Position numbers and translations under genes: made by a program. A stretch of 64,000 nt of DNA, taken from assembly GCA_023551395.1 (NCBI GenBank), contig GCA_023551395.1_3945.1. The stretch is one strand, 5' to 3'. The notes beneath the pieces are model-generated. The model saw only the letters and a list, made by a program, of their open reading frames with translations, was not told the origin of the DNA and ran no database searches. Origin of the DNA: a phage. Position 1 is the first letter of the stretch, and every line of letters starts with the position of its first letter. Below are positions 32,023 through 41,553 of the stretch, piece after piece.

Positions 32023-32508
32023 ATGAATTACATGGAGATTAGACCATTTGACACAGCTAATGGTGAAGGGGTTCGTGTAAGCCTCTTCGTAGCTGGTTGT
32101 AAGCATCACTGTGAAGGCTGCTTTAACAGGGAGTCTTGGAAGTTTAATGCTGGTAAAGCATTTACTTATGCAAACCTCTACGGCATCATTAAGTTAATGG
32201 ATGATGAGGCCATCAGTGGGTTGTCAATACTTGGTGGAGAACCTCTGGATGATAGAAATATTCAAGAGGTTACCAACATATGCAAACGTATTAAAACTGT
32301 TTACCCAGAGAAGTCTATCTGGCTATGGACAGGTTTTCAGTTACACGAAAAAATTCACCTAGATGTAATGAAATATGTTGACGTGGTGATTGATGGTAAG
32401 TATGATTCATCTAAACCAACAGTTAAACCATATCGTGGTTCTGATAACCAAAACCTCTGGAGAAAAGAGTATGGGTGGCAAGGCGATTGTCAATGGAGAG
32501 CCGAGTAA
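32023..32508 (+). CDS. nrdG: anaerobic RNR activating protein (radical SAM)
   Basis: 161 aa; CKHHCEGC radical-SAM cysteine cluster near N-terminus. Confidence 0.8.
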   Translation: MNYMEIRPFDTANGEGVRVSLFVAGCKHHCEGCFNRESWKFNAGKAFTYANLYGIIKLMDDEAISGLSILGGEPLDDRNIQEVTNICKRIKTVYPEKSIWLWTGFQLHEKIHLDVMKYVDVVIDGKYDSSKPTVKPYRGSDNQNLWRKEYGWQGDCQWRAE

Positions 32509-32632
32509 GTCTCGTCGTAAAGTAGGTTATCGGTAAAGGGCACTTTACAATGTTCTACAGAACAAACTTAACCGTTTGTGTCACTGAAAAAGAACTTAAA
32601 ACATTTTGTGAAAAGATTGAGAGAGATATGAA

Positions 32633-32890
32633 ATGGGACTCTGGAATAGTTTTAAATCAAAAGTAAAAGCAGCACTAGCTTCATTAGGCATGCTCACTGG
32701 TGTTGATGTGACTCATCTTATGCAGAACTTTAAGATGGATGAGAAGCTGGCTAATGAGATTATGAAAAGTATCTATGTAGGCCGTGGCAAAGGTGGTAAG
32801 AAACAAGCCCACCGTCCGTCTGGTGCAGCAGCTATTAAACGAGCAGCTAAGAAAGCTCGTAACCGTAAACGTAATAAGAAGGCTAAATAA
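32633..32890 (+). CDS. small protein with Lys/Arg-rich C-terminus
   Basis: 85 aa ORF. Confidence 0.4.
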   Translation: MGLWNSFKSKVKAALASLGMLTGVDVTHLMQNFKMDEKLANEIMKSIYVGRGKGGKKQAHRPSGAAAIKRAAKKARNRKRNKKAK

Positions 32891-32892
32891 TC

Positions 32893-33213
32893 ATGAGCAA
32901 AGTTTATAACACTCGTAAATTACAGATTTTCGTACTGTGCCAGTTTATGGCTAAAGAATATAACTTCTACTATTGTGGCACAGGATTCATTAGTGACGAT
33001 GATGGCTCGTATCTACCATTCAAAGAGGCTGTAAAACTCTTCAATGAAGAGAAAAGCTCTAAGAAAGATATTGAAAAGGTTAAGCTAACCTACAGCAAGA
33101 AAGATAAGAAGATTATCTGCCTAGATAACTTTGTAAAAGTTACTGGAGAAGCAAAAGAGTTTATGGATGAGAGTGAGATTTCATTCACAAGCATCTTGAA
33201 AGTAGCTCAGTAA
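32893..33213 (+). CDS. hypothetical protein
   Basis: 106 aa ORF. Confidence 0.4.
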   Translation: MSKVYNTRKLQIFVLCQFMAKEYNFYYCGTGFISDDDGSYLPFKEAVKLFNEEKSSKKDIEKVKLTYSKKDKKIICLDNFVKVTGEAKEFMDESEISFTSILKVAQ

Positions 33214-33226
33214 ATAGATACTATAA

Positions 33227-33251
33227 GGGAACTGTAAAGGTTCCCTTTTTA
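33227..33251 (+). terminator. Rho-independent terminator
   Basis: GGGAAC-TGTAAAG-GTTCCC hairpin plus TTTTT. Confidence 0.5.
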
Positions 33252-33264
33252 TTTTGGAGATGAT

Positions 33265-33780
33265 ATGTATCTGTCAAACCTAAAACGTTCTGCTGCAATG
33301 TCAGTGTTAAGACTCAGCTTTGAGGAACGTCAAGAGTTCATTGACTCCCACCAATACGACCCCTCAAACTCCAATCACATGATTCTCTGGAATCGTGAGA
33401 GTACTCGTGAAAGAGCATTATTCCGATATTACCCACACTACACCATAGATAACCTGTATGAATGTTTTGTTGTGAAGAACACCATTACAGTGCTCAATAA
33501 ACTCTGTAGATACACAGGCAGTCAATCCTTCACATTAGGCCATCACAAACCTGTTACAAAGGGTGGTGAGCATCACTGTGCAAACTGGTTTATTCAGACT
33601 AAACTTGATAACCAGAAGCAAGGGGATAACCTTCTAAGCACCCCTAAGATGACCTACGAAGAGCAAGAGAAATATATCAAAAATAATATGCCAGATGTGC
33701 TTGACAACAACTATACAGATTTGGCAATATCTCTCCTGTTGAAGTTCGAGACAGTTTATAGGGCAACTTACAATGGCTAA
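33265..33780 (+). CDS. HNH endonuclease (candidate homing endonuclease)
   Basis: CRYTGSQSFTLGHHKPVTKGGEHHCANW contains the HNH pattern. Confidence 0.5.
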   Translation: MYLSNLKRSAAMSVLRLSFEERQEFIDSHQYDPSNSNHMILWNRESTRERALFRYYPHYTIDNLYECFVVKNTITVLNKLCRYTGSQSFTLGHHKPVTKGGEHHCANWFIQTKLDNQKQGDNLLSTPKMTYEEQEKYIKNNMPDVLDNNYTDLAISLLLKFETVYRATYNG

Positions 33781-34051
33781 AGAAAAGTGGGAGATTTTAC
33801 CATTAGTCAGTGAAGGTGGTAATGGTTGTGAGATGTACATGATACGTGGTCATGTTCCAGAACCAATTGCGCTTGAGATGGTAAACAACTTTACAGATGG
33901 TTCTTACAAAGACTTAGGAGAGCCAACTATAAAGCATCAATGGGTAAAACCTGTACCAGACAGCACAGGTAACTGTAGTGTACTTTACCACGTTGTAGAC
34001 CCTGTAAAATGCAAATCTGCAATGGCAGTAACAAACGTAACCTTTGATTGA
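33773..34051 (+). CDS. hypothetical protein
   Basis: 92 aa ORF. Confidence 0.4.
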   Translation: MAKEKWEILPLVSEGGNGCEMYMIRGHVPEPIALEMVNNFTDGSYKDLGEPTIKHQWVKPVPDSTGNCSVLYHVVDPVKCKSAMAVTNVTFD

Positions 34052-34944
34052 GAGACAAAACTATGAAAACTGTTATTGAAGCCGTCGTCACCGCACAAGA
34101 GAAATTCTTCCACACAGAAAAATTTAATATCATTCAATTCCCATCTGGAGAAATTGGTGGAAACTTCTCTGAAGATTTTGTTAAGTTTACTGAGCGTAAT
34201 GCTGGTAAGATTGATAATGTTATACTTACTGTACAGGGATATGACAAAGATACACTGTTTGCATTGGCTTTGGCTAAGGATGCCGTTGACAGTCTTGTTC
34301 CCCAGAAATCAGCGATGAAAACCGTTGTTTTCGGGTTCTTACCAAATGCTCGATATGACCGCCACATGTTCAAAGGTGATGCAGCAGCACTGAAAGTCTT
34401 TGCCAACCTAGTTAATGCAATGGGCTTTGATGCAGTATGTGCTCTTGACCCTCACAGCAATGTTGCAGAAAACCTATTTAAGTGCTTTCAGAGCATGAAG
34501 CAAAAAGATGTGGCAGTACACTTTGCAAGTGACCCACGCATTGATTTCTTGGTAGCCCCAGATGCAGGTGCAGCTAAGAAGACTGAAGATGCCGCTAAAG
34601 AGGTGGATAAACCATATATCACAATGACTAAGGTGCGAAACCTTAAGACTGGAGAAATCACTGGTATGCGAATCCTTGACGATGTTGATTTAACCGATAA
34701 AACCGTCATGATTCTTGATGATATCTGTGATGGTGGTCGAACTTTCGTAGAGGCAGCTAAACACCTACGTGAAGCAGGTGCAAAACGTGTGGAACTCTAT
34801 GTAACTCATGGTATTTTCTCTAAAGGTGTTGAAAACTTACTTGACAATGGTATTGACCATATCTACACTACAAACACTTTAGGTGAAGCTAAAGACCGTG
34901 GCTTAACACATTATAGTCAAGTTACTGTAGCAACCATTGATTGA
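34048..34944 (+). CDS. ribose-phosphate pyrophosphokinase-like enzyme (Prs family; possibly ADP-ribose pyrophosphokinase)
   Basis: 298 aa; type I PRTase/PRPP-binding loop VMILDDICDGGRT; directly upstream of the NAMPT-like gene. Confidence 0.7.
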   Translation: MRDKTMKTVIEAVVTAQEKFFHTEKFNIIQFPSGEIGGNFSEDFVKFTERNAGKIDNVILTVQGYDKDTLFALALAKDAVDSLVPQKSAMKTVVFGFLPNARYDRHMFKGDAAALKVFANLVNAMGFDAVCALDPHSNVAENLFKCFQSMKQKDVAVHFASDPRIDFLVAPDAGAAKKTEDAAKEVDKPYITMTKVRNLKTGEITGMRILDDVDLTDKTVMILDDICDGGRTFVEAAKHLREAGAKRVELYVTHGIFSKGVENLLDNGIDHIYTTNTLGEAKDRGLTHYSQVTVATID

Positions 34945-34991
34945 AACTTTATAGGGGCTTGAAAGACCCATTTTGAGAGAGAGATTAAAAG

Positions 34992-36773
34992 ATGACTAAA
35001 TCACTTTATGCAGTACCAGCAGGTTTAAACGCGGATGCTTACAAATCTGGCCATGTTTACCAGTACCCTAGTGCAACAGAATACTTGATGTTCAACCTGA
35101 CACCACGTAGTGACAAATGGTTTAACAGCCCCTTAGCAATTGATGGTGTAGTAGCTTTTGGTATTCAACGTTTCGTTAAAGATTACTTGATAGACCACTG
35201 GAACGCCACTTTCTTTGAACGTGATAAAAAAGAAGCCATTGATGAAATCTTAGAAGTCATGAATGGTGTTCTGGGTAAAGATGCTATCGGTCGAGAGCAT
35301 TGGGAAGCACTTCACGACTTAGGCTATCTACCAGTTGAAGTATACGCTGTAGAAGAAGGTACAGTTGTTCCTATGCGTGTCCCAATGATTGTCTTCCAGA
35401 ATACTGTTTCAGGCTTCCATTGGGTAGCGGGATATCTGGAAGATGCTTTCTCTGCTGAGATTTGGAAGGCTTGTACCATTGCAACTATTGCATTGCATTA
35501 TAAACGCATCTGTAAGAAGTGGGCTGACCTTACTTGTGACAATGACTTGCATTTACCTTACCAGTGCCATGACTTTGCTATGCGCGGTATGTCCGGCTTT
35601 ACTGATGACGCATTTAACGCTGTAGGTCACTTAACCAGCTTTAAAGGAACTGATAGTTTCCCTGCTGTTTATACAGCTAAACGTATCTATGGACAGTCCT
35701 ACCCAATCTCTGATATTGGTAGCTCTGTACCAGCCACTGAACACTCTGTAATGTGTGCAAACATTGCTTGGGAAGGCGGTAATGAATTGATTGAAGAAGA
35801 AAGACGCTTTAAAGGTGAGTTACAAACCTTCCGCCGTTTCTTAACAGAAACTTACCCAACTGGTATTGCAAGCATTGTTTCAGATACTTATAACTTCTGG
35901 AGAACTGTGTCAGAAATCTTACCAGCACTCCGCAAAGAAATTATGGAACGTGACGGCAAACTGGTAATTCGTCCTGACTCTGGAGACCCTGTACATATTG
36001 TCACAGGTTATAAAGCAATCCACTTAGAGTGTGCTAAGAAGGCTTATTACGAACACCTAAGCAAGCTGGAAGCCAGCGACACAATGTTGAATGCTGTCCT
36101 GAACATGAAGCTTGAGAACATCAACTATGGTATTGCTGGATGGCTACTGTCAGAAGGCTACGAAATGGTTGTTGACAGAGAAGATTTTGAAGCTGCTGAT
36201 ACGGTGCTATTGAAGAATACTTATATGGTTGGCTCTGCAAACGTTGTAACACGTCCTGTAGCGGAGATTGATGGAGCTATTAAGACACTGTATAACATCT
36301 TTGGAGGAACTATTAACTCTAAGGGTTTTAAGGTACTGGATGAACACATTGGCCTTATTTATGGTGACTCTATCACACTGGAACGTGCAAACGAAATCCT
36401 GAAGCGTCTGTATGAAATGGGTTTTGCAAGCTCTAACGTAGTGTTTGGCGTAGGCTCTTACACTTACCAGTACATGACTCGTGACACCTTTGCATTTGCT
36501 GTTAAAGCAACTCTTGCAAGCATTGGTGGTAAAGAGATTATGCTTGCAAAAGACCCTAAAACAGATAGTGGTGTTAAGAAGTCTGCTTTTGGTGGTGTAG
36601 CACCTATGTGGGATGGTGATAAGTTGAAAGCTGTAGATGGCTATGGATTCCAGAGCTTTGCAGATGTACTTGAACATCCAGCTTGTGCTCTACGTTTAGT
36701 CTTTAGTGACTCTGAGCAGTACGGTTACACATCTCTTGGTGATATTCGAAATAATATTGACAAGCAGCTTTAA
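34992..36773 (+). CDS. nicotinamide phosphoribosyltransferase-like enzyme
   Basis: 593 aa; assigned from overall resemblance to NAMPT-family proteins, no specific motif checked; paired with the Prs-like gene. Confidence 0.7.
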   Translation: MTKSLYAVPAGLNADAYKSGHVYQYPSATEYLMFNLTPRSDKWFNSPLAIDGVVAFGIQRFVKDYLIDHWNATFFERDKKEAIDEILEVMNGVLGKDAIGREHWEALHDLGYLPVEVYAVEEGTVVPMRVPMIVFQNTVSGFHWVAGYLEDAFSAEIWKACTIATIALHYKRICKKWADLTCDNDLHLPYQCHDFAMRGMSGFTDDAFNAVGHLTSFKGTDSFPAVYTAKRIYGQSYPISDIGSSVPATEHSVMCANIAWEGGNELIEEERRFKGELQTFRRFLTETYPTGIASIVSDTYNFWRTVSEILPALRKEIMERDGKLVIRPDSGDPVHIVTGYKAIHLECAKKAYYEHLSKLEASDTMLNAVLNMKLENINYGIAGWLLSEGYEMVVDREDFEAADTVLLKNTYMVGSANVVTRPVAEIDGAIKTLYNIFGGTINSKGFKVLDEHIGLIYGDSITLERANEILKRLYEMGFASSNVVFGVGSYTYQYMTRDTFAFAVKATLASIGGKEIMLAKDPKTDSGVKKSAFGGVAPMWDGDKLKAVDGYGFQSFADVLEHPACALRLVFSDSEQYGYTSLGDIRNNIDKQL

Positions 36774-36788
36774 AAGTATATGATAAGA

Positions 36789-36809
36789 GGCTCCTACGGG
36801 AGCCTTTTT
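36789..36809 (+). terminator. Rho-independent terminator
   Basis: GGCTCC-TACG-GGAGCC hairpin plus TTTTT. Confidence 0.55.
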
Positions 36810-36826
36810 AATTTCTGGAGAAGACT

Positions 36827-37162
36827 ATGAAAATCAAAGAAATGAACATCAACATTGTCTTAGAAGAACGTTGGGAGAACATCAAGAAGCCTGAAGATGG
36901 CCATAAGTTTCTTAACAAAATTTTAGTAGCAGCTAAAGAAGAACTAACTGGCAAGGTCGCAGCAGCAATTACAATAAAGGTCTGTGTAAAAGGTCTTCCA
37001 GATAATCACCAATTTGCACTTGACGAGTTTAAAGAAAGCTTCTACAATCCAAACAAACAGATGCTTGAAAGTAACTTTGCAGTGTCTACAAGTATCGTCC
37101 ATGACAGAAGCTTTATCCTTTACAAGAATATGAGAGGTGAGTCATGCAAGCATATTGGATAG
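36827..37162 (+). CDS. hypothetical protein
   Basis: 111 aa ORF. Confidence 0.45.
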   Translation: MKIKEMNINIVLEERWENIKKPEDGHKFLNKILVAAKEELTGKVAAAITIKVCVKGLPDNHQFALDEFKESFYNPNKQMLESNFAVSTSIVHDRSFILYKNMRGESCKHIG

Positions 37163-37320
37163 AAATTTTACTGTCACTTGGTAGTGTAGCAGTATTTGTC
37201 TACCTCCTTTGTAAGTACTTTGCAGAGCACAAAAAATGTGACTACTGTAATGGAGAGGGGTACATAAGGGCAGGTTGTTGCCCTATGTGTGGTGGTTCTG
37301 GTAAAATGTTTAATAAGTAA
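37144..37320 (+). CDS. small membrane protein with DnaJ-type zinc finger (below track cutoff)
   Basis: 58 codons; hydrophobic N-terminus then CDYCNGEGY and CPMCGGSGK (CxxCxGxG x2). Confidence 0.35.
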   Translation: MQAYWIEILLSLGSVAVFVYLLCKYFAEHKKCDYCNGEGYIRAGCCPMCGGSGKMFNK

Positions 37321-37348
37321 TTTAACAGTAAACTAAGAGGAAAGTATT

Positions 37349-39715
37349 ATGCGCATGGTAAACGACCACGCAGAAGTGATTAAGAGTTCAACTTCTTTAG
37401 AGACGTCTCAAGCACAGATTACAATGACACCTGAAATGTTCAGCCTTTTGAGTTCCGGTGTATACACATTTAAAGAAAGGGCAGTGATTCGTGAACTGTC
37501 ATGTAACGCAGTAGATGCTCAAAAAGAATCTGGAAAAGAGAACATCCCGTTCCATGTGCATTTACCTACTCGATTTGAGCCTTACTTTGAAGTCCGTGAC
37601 TTTGGAACTGGTTTAACCCATGACAAAGTAATGAGTTTGTATCTGAACTATGGGGCTTCTACGAAGAATGACTCTAATGACTACATTGGTGCAATGGGTA
37701 TCGGCTCAAAGTCACCGTTTGCGATTGCTCAGTCATTCACAGTGTCTAGTTATGTTGATGGTGTTGTTAATAAGTACTCTGTTTACCTTGAGAATGGTAT
37801 TCCTCAAGTAACTAAGCTTACTACTAACCAAACAAATGAACCTAATGGTTTAGCTGTACGTGTGGCAGTTGCTGACCACCGTATTTCAAAGTTCTTTGAA
37901 GAGGCTGGTAATGTATACTCATACTTTGCTGTAAAACCAGAGAGTAATGTGGAGTATAATGATATATTAGCAGATATGGATGTGATTGCTCGTGAAGAAG
38001 GTGTCTATGATGCCATGACTCATAAGCATAGCTGGCGTTCAAGCAGCAATAGAACAGAGTTTAACGTGGTTATGGGTAATATTGCCTACCCAGTTAATAT
38101 GGAGGCATTACTTGGTGATGATTTCTTCAAAGTATTACCAGAATTTTTCCGCAGGAGCATAGACCTTGTAAACATCTACATGCCTATTGGTTCAGTTGCT
38201 ATTGCAGCTTCTCGTGAAGCATTGCAGATGAATGACACGACAAAAAATGTTATCATCGAGGCTACTAAAAAGATAACTGAAGCAATTACAAAGGATGTTA
38301 TCAAGAAAGTTAATAGTCAACCTACACTCATGGATGCTGCACAGGCTTATGCTGAGTTACGCTTGAACTCACGAGAGATGTTTAATGCTGTGTGTCCAAA
38401 GCTAGAGTGGGGAGGCGTTAAGCTTGATTCTCTGGAAGAAGAATTGTTAAACATTCGTCGTGGAATTATCTACGCAGAAGACGGCTCAGTCATTTATGAA
38501 CGTGACGGTAAAGGCAATATTAAGGTTGATAGGAACGGGAACAATATCCCTAAAGTAGATTATCTTTATGACCCAGTTGCTTATGTCAAGTTCAACTCTT
38601 TAGAGAGTAAGATTCGTGCAACAGCACTTTCCTACACTCAAGAGGCAAGCATGTTCAATATCTTTGGTGCAATGCGTAAAAGCCAAATTGAACAGTTTTT
38701 GTTCGTGATTAATGACCGTCGCAATAAAAACGGTACTGAGAAGACTGTAGGACGCAATCAAATTTTGCGTGGTGCATGTCGAGACTACGCCAGTGAGTCA
38801 AATCTGTTTCACAGATACAATGGTATTGTCTTTGTATTCTCTACAGAGAAAGAGCTAGATGACTTAATCAATCTGCACAAACTTGATAAAAGCTTGTTAA
38901 AGATTGTGAAAATGTCTGATAAGGAACACCATTACCAACGTAAAGAAGCTGTAAGAGGTGTTGTAAAACTCTGGAAAGCTGTTCCAGCAGAAGGTGTAGC
39001 CTCCTACAAAGAGGTGTCAGAGGACTTAGACACAATTGAAGAACCTCAGCTTTACATTAAGGCAATTGGTGACACAGTTGATGGTGAATGTTTTTGCTCA
39101 TCTCCAGAAGATGTAGCTAAGTCAGTTGCTAATGTTACAGGTAAGACAGTCTATGTTTTCCGAAAAGCAAATTGGAAAAAGATACCAGAAGATTGGATTG
39201 AAGTAGATGAGAAACTCTTGAACGACAGCTTAACTGATGTTCACTGGATTAACCATAACAGATATATGACGCGTATCTATATGAATGGTGTCCTTGACCT
39301 TACAAGCAGTTGGATTATTGCCAGAAACTTTACGTTTAATAACAGGAAGATTTCTCGCGGGTATTGTTATTCAAGGGATACAAACAAAACTATCTTCCTA
39401 GAAGGAAATGAAGAGGCTGTAGAGGCAATGTTCGGTAAAATCCAATACGTTGCTGCACCATTTGCATACACTTATACCATTAGTGTATTGAAAACTTTGA
39501 AAGACTGTCTTGACAACGATACAAAGCTTTACAAGAAAATTAAGAAAGCTGGTGACCGTATGGTTATTAAGGTGACAAACTATCTTTCAAAAAGAAAACA
39601 AGAAAACTTCTTGCTTTCTCATTTGGATTGGAATAAAGTGTCACCCATCGAAGTGAGTAAGTTCTTAGGCTTTGATGTAAAATGTGTTCCAGAAGGGACT
39701 ACAATTTACGATTAA
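37349..39715 (+). CDS. rIIA: GHKL-type ATPase domain protein, rIIA-like
   Basis: 788 aa; Bergerat-fold boxes: N-box ELSCNAVDA, G1 VRDFGTGL, G2 GAMGIGSKS; size similar to rIIA proteins. Confidence 0.5.
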   Translation: MRMVNDHAEVIKSSTSLETSQAQITMTPEMFSLLSSGVYTFKERAVIRELSCNAVDAQKESGKENIPFHVHLPTRFEPYFEVRDFGTGLTHDKVMSLYLNYGASTKNDSNDYIGAMGIGSKSPFAIAQSFTVSSYVDGVVNKYSVYLENGIPQVTKLTTNQTNEPNGLAVRVAVADHRISKFFEEAGNVYSYFAVKPESNVEYNDILADMDVIAREEGVYDAMTHKHSWRSSSNRTEFNVVMGNIAYPVNMEALLGDDFFKVLPEFFRRSIDLVNIYMPIGSVAIAASREALQMNDTTKNVIIEATKKITEAITKDVIKKVNSQPTLMDAAQAYAELRLNSREMFNAVCPKLEWGGVKLDSLEEELLNIRRGIIYAEDGSVIYERDGKGNIKVDRNGNNIPKVDYLYDPVAYVKFNSLESKIRATALSYTQEASMFNIFGAMRKSQIEQFLFVINDRRNKNGTEKTVGRNQILRGACRDYASESNLFHRYNGIVFVFSTEKELDDLINLHKLDKSLLKIVKMSDKEHHYQRKEAVRGVVKLWKAVPAEGVASYKEVSEDLDTIEEPQLYIKAIGDTVDGECFCSSPEDVAKSVANVTGKTVYVFRKANWKKIPEDWIEVDEKLLNDSLTDVHWINHNRYMTRIYMNGVLDLTSSWIIARNFTFNNRKISRGYCYSRDTNKTIFLEGNEEAVEAMFGKIQYVAAPFAYTYTISVLKTLKDCLDNDTKLYKKIKKAGDRMVIKVTNYLSKRKQENFLLSHLDWNKVSPIEVSKFLGFDVKCVPEGTTIYD

Positions 39716-39721
39716 AGTGTT

Positions 39722-39755
39722 TGACAAGGGGCTTCAAAGCCCCTTAAAATGGCAT
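39722..39755 (+). promoter_or_regulatory. TTGACAAGG promoter-like element with hairpin
   Basis: TTGACAAGGGGCTTCAAAGCCCC between rIIA-like gene and next gene. Confidence 0.3.
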
Positions 39756-39794
39756 CACAAAATGATTTATTAACTAACAAGAGAGAGTAATAAG

Positions 39795-40904
39795 ATGACT
39801 ACTAAAACTAAAGCACAGATTGACGCAGAAATTTACAAACTGGTTAAAGAGGGCAAGCTGACTAAAACCGCTATTGCACAGAAATTTAACACCTCAACCC
39901 GTTCAGTCGGTCGTGCTGTAGAGCGTCATGAAGCAACCTTAAAAGGGAATAAGAAGGTGACTTCTACACCAGCTACGAAGACTTTGAAGCAAGTTGCTAA
40001 GACCTTTAAAAAGAAAGCTGACAAACCAGTTGAAAAGGTTGTTAAAGATGCTGTACAGAAAGCTCCAGTAAATAAACTGCATGAAGCTATGCAGAAAGAT
40101 GACAAGATTGAGTACATGATTACTGGTGACTCTGTAATTATGACTTACGGTTCAGAGTCTGAAATTGTTGAATCTACTCATCCGAACTATCAAGAGATTG
40201 TAGTTCATGTTGTGAAAGGTGAGTTTAAGAAAGCCTTTGAACTGATGAACATTCGTAAGTCTATCGAAAACTTCACTCAGGGTGCTATCACAATCAAAGG
40301 CGACAAACTATTCTACGGTGCTGTTGAGATGCGTTCTACTCTGGTTGACCGTATTCTCCACATGATGAAGACTGGAGATAAAGGTTTCGAACGCCTTGTG
40401 ATGTTCTTCGAAAAACTGATGGAAAACCCATCTAAAGATTCCGTAGAACAACTTTGGGGCTTCGTATCTCACCTTGATGTTGAAATTGATGAAGAAGGCT
40501 ACATCATTGGTTGGAAGAAAGTATCTACTCGTGAAGGCAAGCTGGTTGACTCCCACACCTACAGAGTACCTAATGATTTGGGTAACATTGTAGAAATGCC
40601 ACGTTGGATGGTTGATAATAACCGTAACGTGACTTGCTCTCAAGGTCTTCATGTTGGTGCTTGGGATTATGTTCGTTGTTTCTCAGGTGATACAATTCTG
40701 AAGGTTCGTGTCCATCCACGAGACGTTGTATCCGTACCAACTGATTACAACGATATGAAGATGCGCTCGTCTCGTTATGAAGTTGCAGCAATCGTTGATA
40801 ATCAACGTAAAGTGCTGAAAGCATGGGATGGCAAGACTGAAGCTTTACATGTCATCGTTGGTACTGCTGGAGAACTTATCTCCCAACGTAAACGTGAAAT
40901 CTAA
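39795..40904 (+). CDS. hypothetical protein, possibly rIIB-like (synteny only)
   Basis: 369 aa ORF directly after the rIIA-like gene; no motif recognised. Confidence 0.3.
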   Translation: MTTKTKAQIDAEIYKLVKEGKLTKTAIAQKFNTSTRSVGRAVERHEATLKGNKKVTSTPATKTLKQVAKTFKKKADKPVEKVVKDAVQKAPVNKLHEAMQKDDKIEYMITGDSVIMTYGSESEIVESTHPNYQEIVVHVVKGEFKKAFELMNIRKSIENFTQGAITIKGDKLFYGAVEMRSTLVDRILHMMKTGDKGFERLVMFFEKLMENPSKDSVEQLWGFVSHLDVEIDEEGYIIGWKKVSTREGKLVDSHTYRVPNDLGNIVEMPRWMVDNNRNVTCSQGLHVGAWDYVRCFSGDTILKVRVHPRDVVSVPTDYNDMKMRSSRYEVAAIVDNQRKVLKAWDGKTEALHVIVGTAGELISQRKREI

Positions 40905-40920
40905 TAAGTAATTTCTTAAA

Positions 40921-40945
40921 AGGCTGCTTCGGCGGCCTTTTTTAT
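40921..40945 (+). terminator. Rho-independent terminator
   Basis: GGCTGC-TTCG-GCGGCC hairpin plus TTTTTT; a TATAAT box follows at about 40965. Confidence 0.5.
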
Positions 40946-41004
40946 TTGTATTTTGTGCAGAGTGCTGTATAATTGTTGTCACGATAAACTAAACAGGAGA
41001 ACCA

Positions 41005-41553
41005 ATGAAGAAATTGATTCTAGGTTTGTGCTTAATGTTTACAGCACACTTATCTTATGCAGTTGACTGCCCAGAGCTATCAATTAGCCAAAAAGTAAAC
41101 ATGTTAAAAGCTTACCAGTATGGTGAGAATAACATGGGTAAAGGTTGGGGTATCACTCTAGCTGCTATAGCCTTACAAGAGTCAGAGTTAGGTCTGAAGG
41201 TAGAGAATAAAAAGACACATGATTATGGTATTTTCCAGAATCACTTGAAGACTGTTGTAAAGCGTAACAAAATTAGTCCTAATGTGGCTAAAAAGAAACT
41301 CTTAAGAGACTTTGACTATGCTGCAAAGGAAACGCACAAAGAACTTGAATTTTGGACAAAGGTGCATGGTCAGCCAAAGTCAAAGAAAACTTTACAAAAA
41401 GTTTTAGCATCATATAATGCTGGGTATTCGTACAGAATCCCTAAAGCTAAAAAATATTCTCAAGATGTCTATAACAACATGAAAGTTATCGCTCAATGTG
41501 AATTTGCAACAAACATTTCTAAGGTAAATCATGAAAAAATTAAGAAAGTCTGA
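41005..41553 (+). CDS. lytic transglycosylase (SLT-like) with signal peptide
   Basis: Signal peptide MKKLILGLCLMFTAHLSYA; catalytic-Glu region ALQESELG; AYNAGYS motif. Confidence 0.55.
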   Translation: MKKLILGLCLMFTAHLSYAVDCPELSISQKVNMLKAYQYGENNMGKGWGITLAAIALQESELGLKVENKKTHDYGIFQNHLKTVVKRNKISPNVAKKKLLRDFDYAAKETHKELEFWTKVHGQPKSKKTLQKVLASYNAGYSYRIPKAKKYSQDVYNNMKVIAQCEFATNISKVNHEKIKKV

